A DNA stretch of 64,000 bases from an uncultured Elusimicrobia bacterium (GCA_903881545.1 CAIRTQ010000007.1:8417-72416); one strand, 5' to 3'; counted from the stretch's first letter, positions 1-9,905 are shown. The notes: generated from the sequence alone by a model not told the origin. Translations and numbers: made by a program.

Positions 1-1056
1 TATCTCAATTCGCCGGAGTCTCCTGTCTTCTCCAAGGGGCGGGTCCTCTACGGCCTTTTCTCCGGTCTGCCGGCGGTGCGCAAGGAGAGGCGCGTGGTCC
101 TCATGGAAGGCTACATGGATGTGATGGCCGCGCACCAGCACGGCCTACCGACAGCCTGCGCGCCACTGGGCACGGCCTTGACCCTCGATCAGGTCGCGCT
201 GGTCAAGCGCTACGCCTCTGAGGCGGCGCTGGTCTTCGACGCCGACCGCGCCGGCGAGAACGCGGCCCTGCGCAGCGCGGAACTGCTCCTTTCGGCGGGG
301 CTGGAGGTGCGCATCGCCACCGTGCCCCAGGGCAAGGACCCAGACGAGTTCCTGCAGGCTCACGGCCTGGCGGCCTTCCAGAAATGCCTGGCCGCGGCGG
401 TGGACCTGGCCGAGTTCCAGACCGAGCTGGCGCTCAAGCGCCGCCCCGGGACGTTGGGCCCCGCGGATAAGTCCGCCGTGGCCAAGGAGGTCCTGGCGAC
501 CATAGCCCGGTGCCCGGACGAGATTATCAAGGACGAGTGGCTGCGGCGCCTATCACAGAGGCTCGATGTGGACGAGGCCTCTTTGCGCCGGCAGCTGTCC
601 AAGCACGCCGAGGTTCGGCCGCGGCCTGCGGCAGCCTTGCGCGCGGAGCCGGCGGCGCTGGCTGGAGGGGAAGAGGACCTGTTCATCTATGTCTTCATGC
701 AGTCCGGCCTTTTCAAATCCCTGCGCGAGGCTGACCTGGGCTCCGGTACGTCACTGCGGATCTGGCGCGCGCTGGCCGGGCTGCCGTTGCCATGGCCGGC
801 GGATTGGCCGACGCGCCTGCGCGATGGGCTGTCCCCGGAGGACAACTCCTTGGTTCAAAGCATGCTGCTCAAGGCCGACGAGCTCGACGGCAGTGAAGCC
901 GCGGCGCGGCTGGAGGAAGTCCTTTTCCGCCGCCGGGCCCGCACCCGCTATGAAGAGTTGCGTGGGATCATGACCCGCGACGGCCGGTTGGCCCCGGCCG
1001 AGCTGGAAGAATATCTGAAGCTGGCGACAGCATTGAAGGGGTCGCCGAAAAAGTGA
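1..1056 (+). CDS. dnaG: DNA primase DnaG, C-terminal part (5' end lies outside the window)
   Basis: Frame 1 is open from nt 1 ([19 protein letters not shown]...). TOPRIM-type motifs are present ([31 protein letters not shown]). It is followed by rpoD, the classical dnaG-rpoD arrangement. Confidence 0.9.
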   Translation, partial: YLNSPESPVFSKGRVLYGLFSGLPAVRKERRVVLMEGYMDVMAAHQHGLPTACAPLGTALTLDQVALVKRYASEAALVFDADRAGENAALRSAELLLSAGLEVRIATVPQGKDPDEFLQAHGLAAFQKCLAAAVDLAEFQTELALKRRPGTLGPADKSAVAKEVLATIARCPDEIIKDEWLRRLSQRLDVDEASLRRQLSKHAEVRPRPAAALRAEPAALAGGEEDLFIYVFMQSGLFKSLREADLGSGTSLRIWRALAGLPLPWPADWPTRLRDGLSPEDNSLVQSMLLKADELDGSEAAARLEEVLFRRRARTRYEELRGIMTRDGRLAPAELEEYLKLATALKGSPKK

Positions 1057-1072
1057 ACTAGGGGAAAAGAAT

Positions 1073-2788
1073 ATGGCATTGCATACGAGTCAGGCGATGA
1101 GGAACCTCATCGAGTTAGGCAAGGAGCATGGTTACCTCACCCTGGAGGAGATCAGCCGCACGCTCTCCATGTCCAGCGTTAAGTCCGAGGAGGTCGACGA
1201 GCTTATGAGCACGCTCGAGGACCTTGGCATCGAGATCGTGGACCGCAAGAAGTCGGCGGTGGCCCCGGTCGTCGAGAAGGAGCGCTTCGCCGAGGAATGG
1301 AGCGCGGGTTCGGATATCTCCAACTCGATCCGCATGTACCTCTCCGAGATGGGGCGGGTCCCCCTGCTCAATCGCGAGGAGGAAGTGACCTTGGCCCGCA
1401 ATGTCCGGGAACGGGAGCGGGAACTGCGCCTGTTAGTCCTGGAGTCTCCCGTCACCCAGCGCGAGATTCGCTCCTGGGAAACCCTCATTGAAGCCCAGGA
1501 GATGACGCCCAAGGAGCTCATGCCCCGGGGCCGCAAGACCGCCTCCGAGCTCTCGGGCATGCGGCGGCGCATGAAGACGGTGGCGGACTTCATCGCAAAA
1601 TCCGAGGTCGTGATGGACCGGTTGCGCGAGAAGCTCAAGGATACCAAGCTTAATCCCCTGGCCCGCATCAAGCTGACCAAGGCGGTCGAGGCGCAAAACA
1701 AGTTGGTCATCGCGAAGATCGTGAGCCTCAACCTCAACCAGGACAAAATCAAGCGCCTCACCAACAAGATCAAGAACCTGGCCGCTAAGATCCACGAGTG
1801 CCAAGACGAGCTGGAGCGCTACCACCACCGCTTCGGGATGAGTTTCGTCGCCCTGCGCGGATATTACGGCCAGGTCAAGAAGGGCAAGCTCAAGGCTGAG
1901 GCCTTCCGGGTCAAGACCGGCTACTCCCCGACCGCTGTTGAGGCGGCCCTGGAGAACATGCAGGCCGTGACCGACCGCCTGGAGCGCACCCAGCACACCC
2001 TGCCCATCCCCATTGAGAAGTTCCTGGAGCTCGACGACAAGATCGTGTCCCTGGAAGATACCATCCTGGCCGACAAGCTCAAGCTCATCAAGGCCAACCT
2101 GCGCCTGGTGGTCTCCATCGCCAAGAAGCATGTCAACTCGAACCTGGAGCTCTCTGACCTCATTCAAGAAGGGGGCCTGGGGCTTATGAAGGCCGTGGAG
2201 AAGTTCGAATACAAGCGGGGCTTCAAATTCTCCACCTACGCCACCTGGTGGATCCGGCAGTCCATCAACAGGGCCATCGCGGACCAGGCCCGCACCATCC
2301 GTATCCCGGTGCACATGAAGGAGCTGATCTCCAAGCTCACCAAGGTGACCCGGCGCTACCGCCAGGAGTTCGGCCGCGACCCGAACCTCGAGGAATACAC
2401 GCGCAGCCTGCACATCTCCATGGACAAGGTCAAGAACGTCCTGAAGATCATGCAGGAGCCGGTGTCCTTGTCCACGCCCATCGGCGAGGACGATGATTCG
2501 TATCTCGAGGATTTTATCGAGGACCGCGCCGGGGCGGCTCCGTCGAATTCCGCGACCACCTTCCTGCGCCGCGGGGAGGTCGAGAAGGTGCTCTCGACCT
2601 TGACCGACCGGGAAGCCAAGATCATCAAGCTGCGTTTCGGGATCGACTCCGGCTACCCCCGGACCCTCGAGGAGGTGGGCCGCATCTTCCGGGTGACGCG
2701 CGAGCGCGTCCGGCAGATCGAGGCCAAGGCCATCCGGAAGCTGCGCCATCCCTCGCGCAGCCGATCTCTGCGGGACTACCTGGAATAG
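1073..2788 (+). CDS. rpoD: RNA polymerase primary sigma factor (sigma-70)
   Basis: 571 aa. Region 2 ([30 protein letters not shown]) and region 4 ([30 protein letters not shown]) are recognisable. A GGGGAAAAG-type RBS precedes the ATG. Confidence 0.95.
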   Translation: MALHTSQAMRNLIELGKEHGYLTLEEISRTLSMSSVKSEEVDELMSTLEDLGIEIVDRKKSAVAPVVEKERFAEEWSAGSDISNSIRMYLSEMGRVPLLNREEEVTLARNVRERERELRLLVLESPVTQREIRSWETLIEAQEMTPKELMPRGRKTASELSGMRRRMKTVADFIAKSEVVMDRLREKLKDTKLNPLARIKLTKAVEAQNKLVIAKIVSLNLNQDKIKRLTNKIKNLAAKIHECQDELERYHHRFGMSFVALRGYYGQVKKGKLKAEAFRVKTGYSPTAVEAALENMQAVTDRLERTQHTLPIPIEKFLELDDKIVSLEDTILADKLKLIKANLRLVVSIAKKHVNSNLELSDLIQEGGLGLMKAVEKFEYKRGFKFSTYATWWIRQSINRAIADQARTIRIPVHMKELISKLTKVTRRYRQEFGRDPNLEEYTRSLHISMDKVKNVLKIMQEPVSLSTPIGEDDDSYLEDFIEDRAGAAPSNSATTFLRRGEVEKVLSTLTDREAKIIKLRFGIDSGYPRTLEEVGRIFRVTRERVRQIEAKAIRKLRHPSRSRSLRDYLE

Positions 2789-2789
2789 C

Positions 2790-2805
2790 GAGCGGCGCGC
2801 CGCTC
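2790..2805. terminator. GC-rich perfect palindrome between convergent genes (possible bidirectional terminator)
   Basis: GAGCGGCG/CGCCGCTC lies between the rpoD stop (2786-2788) and the stop of the minus-strand gene (2805-2807). There is no clear U-tract. Confidence 0.35.
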
Positions 2806-3479
2806 TAGCTCTTTCGGTCCATCAGGTCGCGCAGGATTTCCGCCGCCATGTCCCGGCCGCCCAGCCCGAAGGCGATGGCCGCGGCGAGGCCTACCGAGCC
2901 CAGGATGATCTGCATGGCCGCGGAGATGAAGTTGAGTTTCATGCCCAACTGCTCCATGGCGGTCATGGCGGAGACCACCACCACGAAGATGTAGGCGGCG
3001 TGGGCGAGGATAGTACCCCCGCGCACGTGGTTGGCCGAGGCCGCGTTGAGCACGATCTCGTGAAGGAAGCGCGCGAAGAGCAGCCCGGCGAAGAGGATCA
3101 GCAGGGCGCCGATGAGGATGGGTAGGAACAGGGCGAATCGTTCTAGGAGTTCGGAAACCACATTGAGATTTACGGCGTTGGCCGCCGAGACGAAGAAGAC
3201 GAACAAGACGAACCAGTAGATCAGGAAGGTGAAGATGTAGACAGGGGACTTGCCCAGTCCCAGGCGGGCCAGGATCTCATTGATCCCGATCCGGCTCAAG
3301 TGCTCATCGAGCCGGGCGCGGCTGAGCAGGCGGTCGGCGACGGTGCGCAGGGCGCGGGCCGTGAACATGCCCGCGAGCAGAAGGAGCAGCGCCGCCGCCA
3401 CGCCCGGGATATGCTCAAGGCAGCGGCGGTACGCGTCCAGGAAGGGTTCCGGTAGCAGGGTGAGCGCTAGGTTTTTCAT
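2805..3479 (-). CDS. Polytopic membrane protein, possibly with conserved-TM-helix repeats of the MscS-associated type
   Basis: 224-aa ORF with several long hydrophobic segments. A TGcTAGAAT box (3500-3492, minus strand) lies 12 nt upstream of the ATG. Confidence 0.6.
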   Translation of the reverse strand: MKNLALTLLPEPFLDAYRRCLEHIPGVAAALLLLLAGMFTARALRTVADRLLSRARLDEHLSRIGINEILARLGLGKSPVYIFTFLIYWFVLFVFFVSAANAVNLNVVSELLERFALFLPILIGALLILFAGLLFARFLHEIVLNAASANHVRGGTILAHAAYIFVVVVSAMTAMEQLGMKLNFISAAMQIILGSVGLAAAIAFGLGGRDMAAEILRDLMDRKS

Positions 3480-3644
3480 GTTGGCGGTGCTATTCTAGCA
3501 AAAATGCCGTGGGTCTCCTGGGGGTGACGGGGCCGCGGCCGGCGCCGGGCTGAAAGCCCAGACAAATAGGACGCCGCGCGGGTATTTTTAGGCCGACTGC
3601 CGGGCGTTGCGTCGCGCGTTTTCTTATGCTACCATCACGGCCCA

Positions 3645-5120
3645 ATGATAAGGTTTGGCACAGGCGGTTGGAGAGGGCAGTTCTGCGACGAGTTCACCTT
3701 CGCGAACGTCAGGAAGGTGGCGCACACCATCTCGGCCTACGTCAAGGAGAACCCGGACTTCGGGGCGGCCTCCGTGGATTATCGGACTTGGGTGGGCGAG
3801 GGCAAGAGCAGCCCCGTCCCCGTGGTCGTGGTGGGTTACGACACCCGCTTTCTCTCCGAGGACTTCGCCCACGAGGTGGCGGGGGTCCTGGCCTTGGATG
3901 GCATCAAGACCATCCTCTCCGCCGCAGACCTGCCCACGCCGGCGGTGGCGGCCGCCGTCTTGGCGCGCAAGGCCGTCGGCGGCTTCATGATAACGGCCTC
4001 GCAGAGCCACAGCCATTACAACGGCGTCAAATGGATGCCTTATTGGGGCGGCGCGGCCACTCCGGCCGTCACCGAGGACATCGAGCGGCGCCTCGAACTG
4101 CTGGGCTCCCACGTTATCAAGACCATGTCTCTAGACCGGTCCTTGCGCGAGTCGTGGATCGAGACCGCAGACCTCCGGCCGATTTATTTTAAGCAGCTGG
4201 CCTCCCTCCTCGACGTCAAGGTCATCCGCAAGGCGAAACTGCGGGTCGGGGTGGACGCCATGTTCGGCTCCGCGCGCAACTATCTCCGCCCGTTTCTGGA
4301 GAGCCTGGGGGTCGAGGTCGTGGGGCTGCACGAGGGTCGCGACGTCCTTTTCGGCGGGCGCGCGCCGGAGCCCTCGCCGGAGTCTCTGGCCGAGCTCGCC
4401 CAGACGATGGCCAAGAAGAAGCTGAGCCTGGGGTTGGCCTGCGACGGGGACGGGGACCGGTTCGGCATCCTGGACGCTGGGGGGCGTTGGATGGCGCCCA
4501 ACGAGGTCCTGGCCCTGGCTTTGGAGCACTTGGCGGCCAACCGCGGCATGAAAGGCAAGGTGGCGCGCAGCGTGATGACCTCGCATTTTGTCGACGCCGT
4601 CGCCAAATCCCACGGCCTCGACATTCGCGAGACCCCGGTCGGATTTAAGTTCATCGGTGACCTGCTGCGTACCGGCCAGTTTTTGCTGGGAGGCGAGGAG
4701 TCCGGCGGACTCTCCATCCGCGGGCATGTCCCGGACAAGGACGGTATACTCGCCTGCCTGCTCATGCTCGAATTGGCGGCCTACGAGCGCAAGCCGTTGG
4801 CCGTTGTGCGCGACCGGCTGTTCAAGCGCGTCGGGGCTTTCCATAACCTCCGCCAGGACTTCGCCATGGCCCGGTCCCGGGAGATCCAGGAGCTAGAGGA
4901 TCGCTTGCGCGTGCGGCCGCCTCTGGAACTCGCGGGGGCTTCGGTGTGGCGCATCGACCAATCCGACGGCTTCAAGTTCATCCTGCGCGACGGGAGCTGG
5001 CTGGGTCTGCGATCCTCGGGCACGGCGCCTGTCTTCCGCCTCTACGCAGAGGCGCACGAGCCGCAGAAACTCGCGGCACTCGTGGATGCGGGGAAGAAAC
5101 TGCTGCAAGGGAGAATTTGA
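3645..5120 (+). CDS. Alpha-D-phosphohexomutase family protein (phosphoglucomutase/phosphomannomutase-like)
   Basis: 491 aa. The Mg loop CDGDGDRFG, sugar loop GGEESGG and phosphate loop RSSGTAPVFR are present. The catalytic loop reads ITASQSHSHYNG instead of the usual T/S-A-S-H-N-P. Confidence 0.85.
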   Translation: MIRFGTGGWRGQFCDEFTFANVRKVAHTISAYVKENPDFGAASVDYRTWVGEGKSSPVPVVVVGYDTRFLSEDFAHEVAGVLALDGIKTILSAADLPTPAVAAAVLARKAVGGFMITASQSHSHYNGVKWMPYWGGAATPAVTEDIERRLELLGSHVIKTMSLDRSLRESWIETADLRPIYFKQLASLLDVKVIRKAKLRVGVDAMFGSARNYLRPFLESLGVEVVGLHEGRDVLFGGRAPEPSPESLAELAQTMAKKKLSLGLACDGDGDRFGILDAGGRWMAPNEVLALALEHLAANRGMKGKVARSVMTSHFVDAVAKSHGLDIRETPVGFKFIGDLLRTGQFLLGGEESGGLSIRGHVPDKDGILACLLMLELAAYERKPLAVVRDRLFKRVGAFHNLRQDFAMARSREIQELEDRLRVRPPLELAGASVWRIDQSDGFKFILRDGSWLGLRSSGTAPVFRLYAEAHEPQKLAALVDAGKKLLQGRI

Positions 5121-6418
5121 TGGCTAAGATAGAATCCGTGCGCGCTCTGGAAATTCTTGATTCCCGCGGCTTTCCTACGGTGGAAGCCGAGGTTTGCCTC
5201 GACGACGGAACCGTTGCCTGCGCCGCGGTGCCCAGCGGGGCGTCCACGGGCGAGCATGAGGCCGTGGAACTGCGCGACGGAGATAAGGCCCGTTTCAACG
5301 GCAAGGGCGTCTTGAAAGCCGTCTCCCATGTGGAAGGCCCCCTACAGGCTCTTCTTAAAGGAAAGGACCCGCGGGAGCAGCAGGCCCTGGACCGGGCCAT
5401 GATCGCGGCGGACGGCACTCCCAGCAAAGGCAAATACGGAGCCAACGCCATTCTTTCCCTGTCCATGGCGGTCTGCCGGGCGGCCGCGGCGTCGGCCAAG
5501 CTGCCTCTCTACGTCTATCTGCGCAAGGCTTACGGGCTGCCGGAGAAGGAATGGCTGCTGCCCACGCCCATGCTCAATGTCATTAATGGCGGCAAGCACG
5601 CTGACAGCGGTTTAGACGTGCAGGAGTTCATGCTCGTCCCTATCGGGACGGCGTCCTTTCATGAGGGTCTGCGCGCTGGCGCCGAAATCTACCAAGTCCT
5701 CAAGAAGAGCCTGGCCGCGATGAAGATGACCGTGGCGGTGGGCGATGAGGGGGGATTCGCGCCCCAGCTTAAAGACCACGCGAGCGCCTTGGAGGTGCTG
5801 ACGGACGCCATCGCCAAGGCCGGCTACCAGGGCCAGGTCCGGCTCGGCCTCGATTCCGCGGCCAGCGAATTCTACGCGGACGGGGCCTACAAGTTCGAGG
5901 GTCAGCCCCGCAGCGCGGCGCAGATGGCGGACGTCTACGGCGCCTGGCGCAAGAAGTACGGCATTATCTCCTACGAGGACCCTCTGGCCGAGAACGACTG
6001 GGCCGGATGGAAGCAGATGACCGAAAAGATGGGCGCCGACGCGCGCATCATCGGCGACGACTTGTTTGTGACCAATCCCGAGCGCCTCAAGCGCGGCATT
6101 AAAGAGCGGACCGCCAACGCCATCCTCATCAAGCTCAATCAGATCGGCACCGTGACCGAGACCGTGGAGGCTATCCAGATTGCACATGAGGCCGGCTATT
6201 CCACTGTCATTTCCCATCGTTCCGGGGAGACCGAGGACGCATTCATTGCGGATTTCGCGGTGGCGACTAATGCCGGGGCCATCAAGACCGGGGCCCCTTG
6301 CCGTTCGGAGCGCCTGTGCAAGTACAACCAGCTCCTGCGTATTGAGCGGGCATTGGCCGGCAAGGCGCTCTACGCGGGGGCGGCCAGCTTCAAGACCGCG
6401 GCCGGGGCCGCGAACTAG
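5120..6418 (+). CDS. eno: Enolase
   Basis: MAKIESVRALEILDSRGFPTVEAEV..., SHRSGETED and other enolase signatures. The ATG at 5120 overlaps the upstream TGA (TGATG). The track start at 4946 is an in-frame upstream extension. Confidence 0.97.
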   Translation: MAKIESVRALEILDSRGFPTVEAEVCLDDGTVACAAVPSGASTGEHEAVELRDGDKARFNGKGVLKAVSHVEGPLQALLKGKDPREQQALDRAMIAADGTPSKGKYGANAILSLSMAVCRAAAASAKLPLYVYLRKAYGLPEKEWLLPTPMLNVINGGKHADSGLDVQEFMLVPIGTASFHEGLRAGAEIYQVLKKSLAAMKMTVAVGDEGGFAPQLKDHASALEVLTDAIAKAGYQGQVRLGLDSAASEFYADGAYKFEGQPRSAAQMADVYGAWRKKYGIISYEDPLAENDWAGWKQMTEKMGADARIIGDDLFVTNPERLKRGIKERTANAILIKLNQIGTVTETVEAIQIAHEAGYSTVISHRSGETEDAFIADFAVATNAGAIKTGAPCRSERLCKYNQLLRIERALAGKALYAGAASFKTAAGAAN

Positions 6419-6722
6419 ACTTACGCACATCGCCCTGGAAGCTTGGCTGCGCCGCAACTGGCTGCGTCTCTTGCTGACGGTCGGCTTGGCCGTTGCCTTC
6501 TTCGGCAACCAGGGATTCCGCGGACTGGTGGCTAACTGGTTGGAGCTGCGCAGCCTCTCCCGCGAGATGGCAGTCCTGGAGGCCGAGAACGCGGTGACCG
6601 CCGCACGCTTGCGCGAGATGCGTGAGAGCCCGGCCGCGCTGGAGCGCGAGGCTCGCAAGATTGGTTTCGGCAAGGCCGGCGAGATCGAATATCGTTTCGA
6701 TGCGCCACGGCCCCAGCGCTGA
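6342..6722 (+). CDS. ftsB: Septum formation initiator FtsB/DivIC-like protein (start codon unresolved)
   Basis: Short N-terminus, one TM helix (WLRLLLTVGLAVAFFG) and a coiled coil (LRSLSREMAVLEAENAVTAARLREM), directly after eno as in many bacteria. No ATG, GTG or TTG lies in frame between the eno stop and the TM helix. The nearest canonical start is TTG 6342, which overlaps eno. Confidence 0.6.
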   Translation: MSGHWPARRSTRGRPASRPRPGPRTRLTHIALEAWLRRNWLRLLLTVGLAVAFFGNQGFRGLVANWLELRSLSREMAVLEAENAVTAARLREMRESPAALEREARKIGFGKAGEIEYRFDAPRPQR

Positions 6723-6748
6723 GTCCTGGCGTAAAAAGGTAGAATGGA

Positions 6749-7393
6749 GTGGGACGAGCGATGGAAGATATCTACCTGAGGCAACTGGCCGTCGGGCCGA
6801 TGCAGAATTTTGCCTATCTCATAGGGGCTGTGCACGGGGCGGAATGCGCGGTCATAGACCCCGGCTGGGACGCGACGGCGCTGTCGGCCGCCGCACGCCA
6901 GGACGGACGCCGCATCTCGGCTGCGGTCCTCACCCACGGTCACTTCGACCATGTCGGCGGCCTACAGGACCTCCTGGGGCAGGCGGCTATCCCCGTGTAT
7001 GCGCATGAAGGAGACGCCGCCGACCTGGTCGCGGCGCTGCCGGACCTGCACCGCCTGCGCGACGCGGAGCGTGTCCTCTGGGGCGGCCTGGAAGTCCTCG
7101 TTCTGCACACGCCAGGCCACACCCCCGGCTCGATCTGCCTTCTGGCGGATGGGAATCTTTTGACCGGAGACACCTTGTTCCTGGATTGCTGCGGCCGCAC
7201 CGACCTGCCGGGCTCCGACCCGGTTGCCATGCACCGCAGCCTGCGGCGGCTGGCCGTTTTGCCCAAGGACACGAAGGTCTGGCCCGGACATAACTACGGG
7301 GACCGGCCGACCGCGGCCTTGAGTGAAGTGCTCAAGATGAACCCGTTCTTGGCCGCTTCGACCTCGGAAGAGTTCCTCCGCCTGCAAGGATGA
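6749..7393 (+). CDS. MBL-fold metallo-hydrolase (glyoxalase II-like)
   Basis: HGHFDHVGG and HTPGHTPGS motifs. The alternative start ATG 6761 (MEDIYL...) sits 15 nt after a TAGAAT box (6740-6745). Confidence 0.85.
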   Translation: MGRAMEDIYLRQLAVGPMQNFAYLIGAVHGAECAVIDPGWDATALSAAARQDGRRISAAVLTHGHFDHVGGLQDLLGQAAIPVYAHEGDAADLVAALPDLHRLRDAERVLWGGLEVLVLHTPGHTPGSICLLADGNLLTGDTLFLDCCGRTDLPGSDPVAMHRSLRRLAVLPKDTKVWPGHNYGDRPTAALSEVLKMNPFLAASTSEEFLRLQG

Positions 7394-7397
7394 AGTC

Positions 7398-8189
7398 ATG
7401 TATCCTGTGCTCTTCAGTTTCGGTCGGTTCGGGGTGTTCACCTACGGGGCGCTCGTCGCGCTGGGCGGGGCGCTTTCCTGTAGGCTCTGGTACGTCCGGC
7501 GGGATCGGATGGGCCTCCAGCGCCAGGACGACTTCTGGCTGCTCGTCAACGCCCTGTTGCTCGGCGGCTTCATCGGAGGCCGTGCCCTCTTCATCTTCGA
7601 ATACGTGCCCTTCAGGCCGGCTGAGCTGGTGGCCGCGGCCTGCTCCCTCAACAAAGGTTTTTCCGTCCTGGGCGCCTTCGTGGGGGTCGTCAGCGCCGTC
7701 TGGCTGGTGGCCCGCAGCCGGAAGATCGCCTTCCTGCGCCTGCTCGACTATGTCTGCTTGGTCGCGCCGCTCTGGCATGCCTTCGGCCGCCTGGGCTGCT
7801 TTGCGGCCGGCTGCTGCTTTGGCCGGCCCGCTAACCTCCCCTGGGCCGTGCGCTTCACGGACCACCTGAGCATGGTCGACCGGAACCTGCTCGGCGTGCC
7901 GCTCCACCCGACCCAGCTTTACGAGGCGGCCGGGAATCTGGGCCTCTTTCTGGCTTTGCGTAGTTTTGTCCTGCCGCTTTTGGAGGACCGCCGGCTTTCT
8001 TATGGGGTTCTCAGCGGCCTCTATTTCGCGGCCTACGGCGTCCTGCGCTTCGGCATCGAACTTTACCGGGGTGACGCCGTGCCGGGTCTCGTCGGCCTGA
8101 CCGCCGGACAGGGGCTTTGCTTGCTCCTGCTGGCGTGCGGACTCGCCCTCGTCGCGTGGGCAAGGCGCCAACCATGCATCCGGTATTGA
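7398..8189 (+). CDS. lgt: Prolipoprotein diacylglyceryl transferase (copy 1)
   Basis: 263 aa: MYPVLFSFGRFGVFTYG..., GRLGCFAAGCCFGRP, LHPTQLYEAAGN. Confidence 0.9.
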   Translation: MYPVLFSFGRFGVFTYGALVALGGALSCRLWYVRRDRMGLQRQDDFWLLVNALLLGGFIGGRALFIFEYVPFRPAELVAAACSLNKGFSVLGAFVGVVSAVWLVARSRKIAFLRLLDYVCLVAPLWHAFGRLGCFAAGCCFGRPANLPWAVRFTDHLSMVDRNLLGVPLHPTQLYEAAGNLGLFLALRSFVLPLLEDRRLSYGVLSGLYFAAYGVLRFGIELYRGDAVPGLVGLTAGQGLCLLLLACGLALVAWARRQPCIRY

Positions 8190-8959
8190 TTTCGCTGGGC
8201 GTTCTGCATCTTCCCACCTACGGCGTGGCCGTGGCGGCCGGCTATCTGACCGCCATCTTCTGGCTCAAGGCGCAGGCTAAATGGATGGGTTTTGATGAGG
8301 ACCGGTTTTGGCGCTTCATTTATTGCATCTTCTTCGGCGCGATCGCGGGCGGCAAGCTCCTCTATTGGGCGGTCTCCTACCGGGAGATACTGGACGGTCG
8401 GCTGCACATCATCGGCGACATCCGCTACGGTTTCGTATTCTTCGGCGGCGTGCTGGGGGTCTTGGCCATGGGCTGGGTCGCGCGGGCATGGCTGGACTTC
8501 GATTATTTGAACGTTGCCGATCATTGCGCGGTGGCCTTGCCTTTCGGCCATGCCATAGGCCGCTTGGGCTGTTTGGCGGCGGGCTGCTGCTATGGCCGGC
8601 CTACGAACCTGCCCTGGGGCATTGCCATGGGAGGCAATCTGGCCAGCGTCACGCCGCGCGAGCTCTGGGGCATCCCCCTGCATCCGACCCAGCTCTACGA
8701 ATCGGCGGCCGACGCGGCCATAGGGTTCATACTTCTGGCGACCCTGCTGCCGCGCGTCCGGCGCAAGGAGTTGGCGCCGGGCACCGTCTTTTTCTCGTAC
8801 TTGGTCCTTTATGGCGCGGCCCGGTTTATCATCGAGTTCTTCCGATTTGACGACCGGGGCGCCTCCTTGCCGCCGTTCTCGGTCTCCCAGTGGATGTCCT
8901 TGGCCGGGATAGCGGTCGCGGGCGCTCTTCTGGCCAGCCGTGGAGCGAGGGCGCGATGA
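8174..8959 (+). CDS. lgt: Prolipoprotein diacylglyceryl transferase (copy 2, tandem paralogue)
   Basis: MHPVLISLGVLHLPTYG..., GRLGCLAAGCCYGRP, LHPTQLYESAAD. The ATG at 8174 overlaps the end of copy 1 by 16 nt. Confidence 0.9.
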   Translation: MHPVLISLGVLHLPTYGVAVAAGYLTAIFWLKAQAKWMGFDEDRFWRFIYCIFFGAIAGGKLLYWAVSYREILDGRLHIIGDIRYGFVFFGGVLGVLAMGWVARAWLDFDYLNVADHCAVALPFGHAIGRLGCLAAGCCYGRPTNLPWGIAMGGNLASVTPRELWGIPLHPTQLYESAADAAIGFILLATLLPRVRRKELAPGTVFFSYLVLYGAARFIIEFFRFDDRGASLPPFSVSQWMSLAGIAVAGALLASRGARAR

Positions 8960-9888
8960 CTTCTGGGCGGGAGGATTTCGTCGTTGAATACCCGGGCCAG
9001 CGCCTGGACCAGTTCCTTGCCGACCGTCTGCCGCACTTGAGCCGCAGCCATCTTAAGAAGCTCATCGGCCAGGGGGCGGTGCTTGTGTCGGGCCGGCCCG
9101 TGGCGGCGGACCGGCGGCTGCGGGCCGGGGATGCTGTGGCGGTCGAATATCCCCGGCCGGAGTGGACGCCGGCCCTGGGGACCCTGGCGGATTGGGTCCT
9201 GCATGAGGACGGCAAACTCCTGGTCCTCGATAAGCCGGCGGGCCTGCTGATGCATCCCTTGGGGACGAGCTGGCTGGCCGCGCCCGAGGCTGCCCTCTCC
9301 GAGCCGGAGCCGAATCTGGCCGGGATCCTTCTGCGTGAGCGCCCGGGCATCGTCGCGGCTGGCACGCCGCGTTGCGGCATCGTACACCGGCTTGACAGGT
9401 TCACCAGCGGCGTGCTCCTCGTGGCCAAGACCCCAGCCGCTTCCGAGGCTTTGATCCGCGAGTTCAAGTCCAGGCGCGTGGCCAAGACCTATCGGGCCGT
9501 GGTGCGGGGGCAGTGGAGGGAGCGCCGCGCCAGCGTGGAGGCTCCGGTGGGCCGCAAGCCCGGGCACCGGCAGGTGGTCGCCACTCCTTACGGGAAGGAG
9601 GCTTCCACGGGATTTGTCGTAATCGAGGCAGGCGCGTCGGGCGCATTGGTGGAGGCGCTGCCTTTGACGGGGCGCACGCACCAGATCCGGGTGCACCTGA
9701 ACCTCCTCGGACATCCGGTGATGGGGGACCTCGAGTTCGACCGCCCCGGGACGGGGGAGGCGCTGCCGCCGCGGCTGATGCTGCACGCCTATCGCATCGA
9801 GTTCGCGCATCCCGGCACTGGCCACGCCGCGCGTTTCACCGCCAGGATACCCAAGGACATGCGGGATTTCTGGGCCTCCTGCCGCTGA
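8956..9888 (+). CDS. RluA-family 23S rRNA pseudouridine synthase (RluD-like, with N-terminal S4 domain)
   Basis: HRLDRFTSGVLLVAKT catalytic motif and S4-like LDQFLADRLPHLSRSHLKKLI. ATGA overlap with the lgt copy 2 stop. Confidence 0.9.
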   Translation: MTSGREDFVVEYPGQRLDQFLADRLPHLSRSHLKKLIGQGAVLVSGRPVAADRRLRAGDAVAVEYPRPEWTPALGTLADWVLHEDGKLLVLDKPAGLLMHPLGTSWLAAPEAALSEPEPNLAGILLRERPGIVAAGTPRCGIVHRLDRFTSGVLLVAKTPAASEALIREFKSRRVAKTYRAVVRGQWRERRASVEAPVGRKPGHRQVVATPYGKEASTGFVVIEAGASGALVEALPLTGRTHQIRVHLNLLGHPVMGDLEFDRPGTGEALPPRLMLHAYRIEFAHPGTGHAARFTARIPKDMRDFWASCR

Positions 9889-9905
9889 GCTCGGTCGGGC
9901 GTGGA

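Noticed and set aside
4946-5119. N-terminal extensions in the ORF track, for example eno from 4946, the DEAD helicase from 27385, purQ from 33985, purL from 36120, ferredoxin from 44197, the lipoprotein from 46272, hypE from 53697 and OLD from 60444.
   Set aside because: The extensions are low-complexity, overlap upstream genes, and precede recognisable conserved N-termini, RBSs or promoter boxes. I chose internal starts instead.
5612-6952. 446-aa ORF antisense to eno/ftsB. Similar long antisense or shifted ORFs occur at 1433-2749, 17563-18648, 21427-22878, 31945-32967, 42648-43631 and 47240-49330.
   Set aside because: These are typical stop-codon-poor shadow frames of a high-GC genome. Their translations are Arg/Gly/Pro/Ala-rich with no motifs, and each overlaps a strongly supported gene on the other strand or frame.
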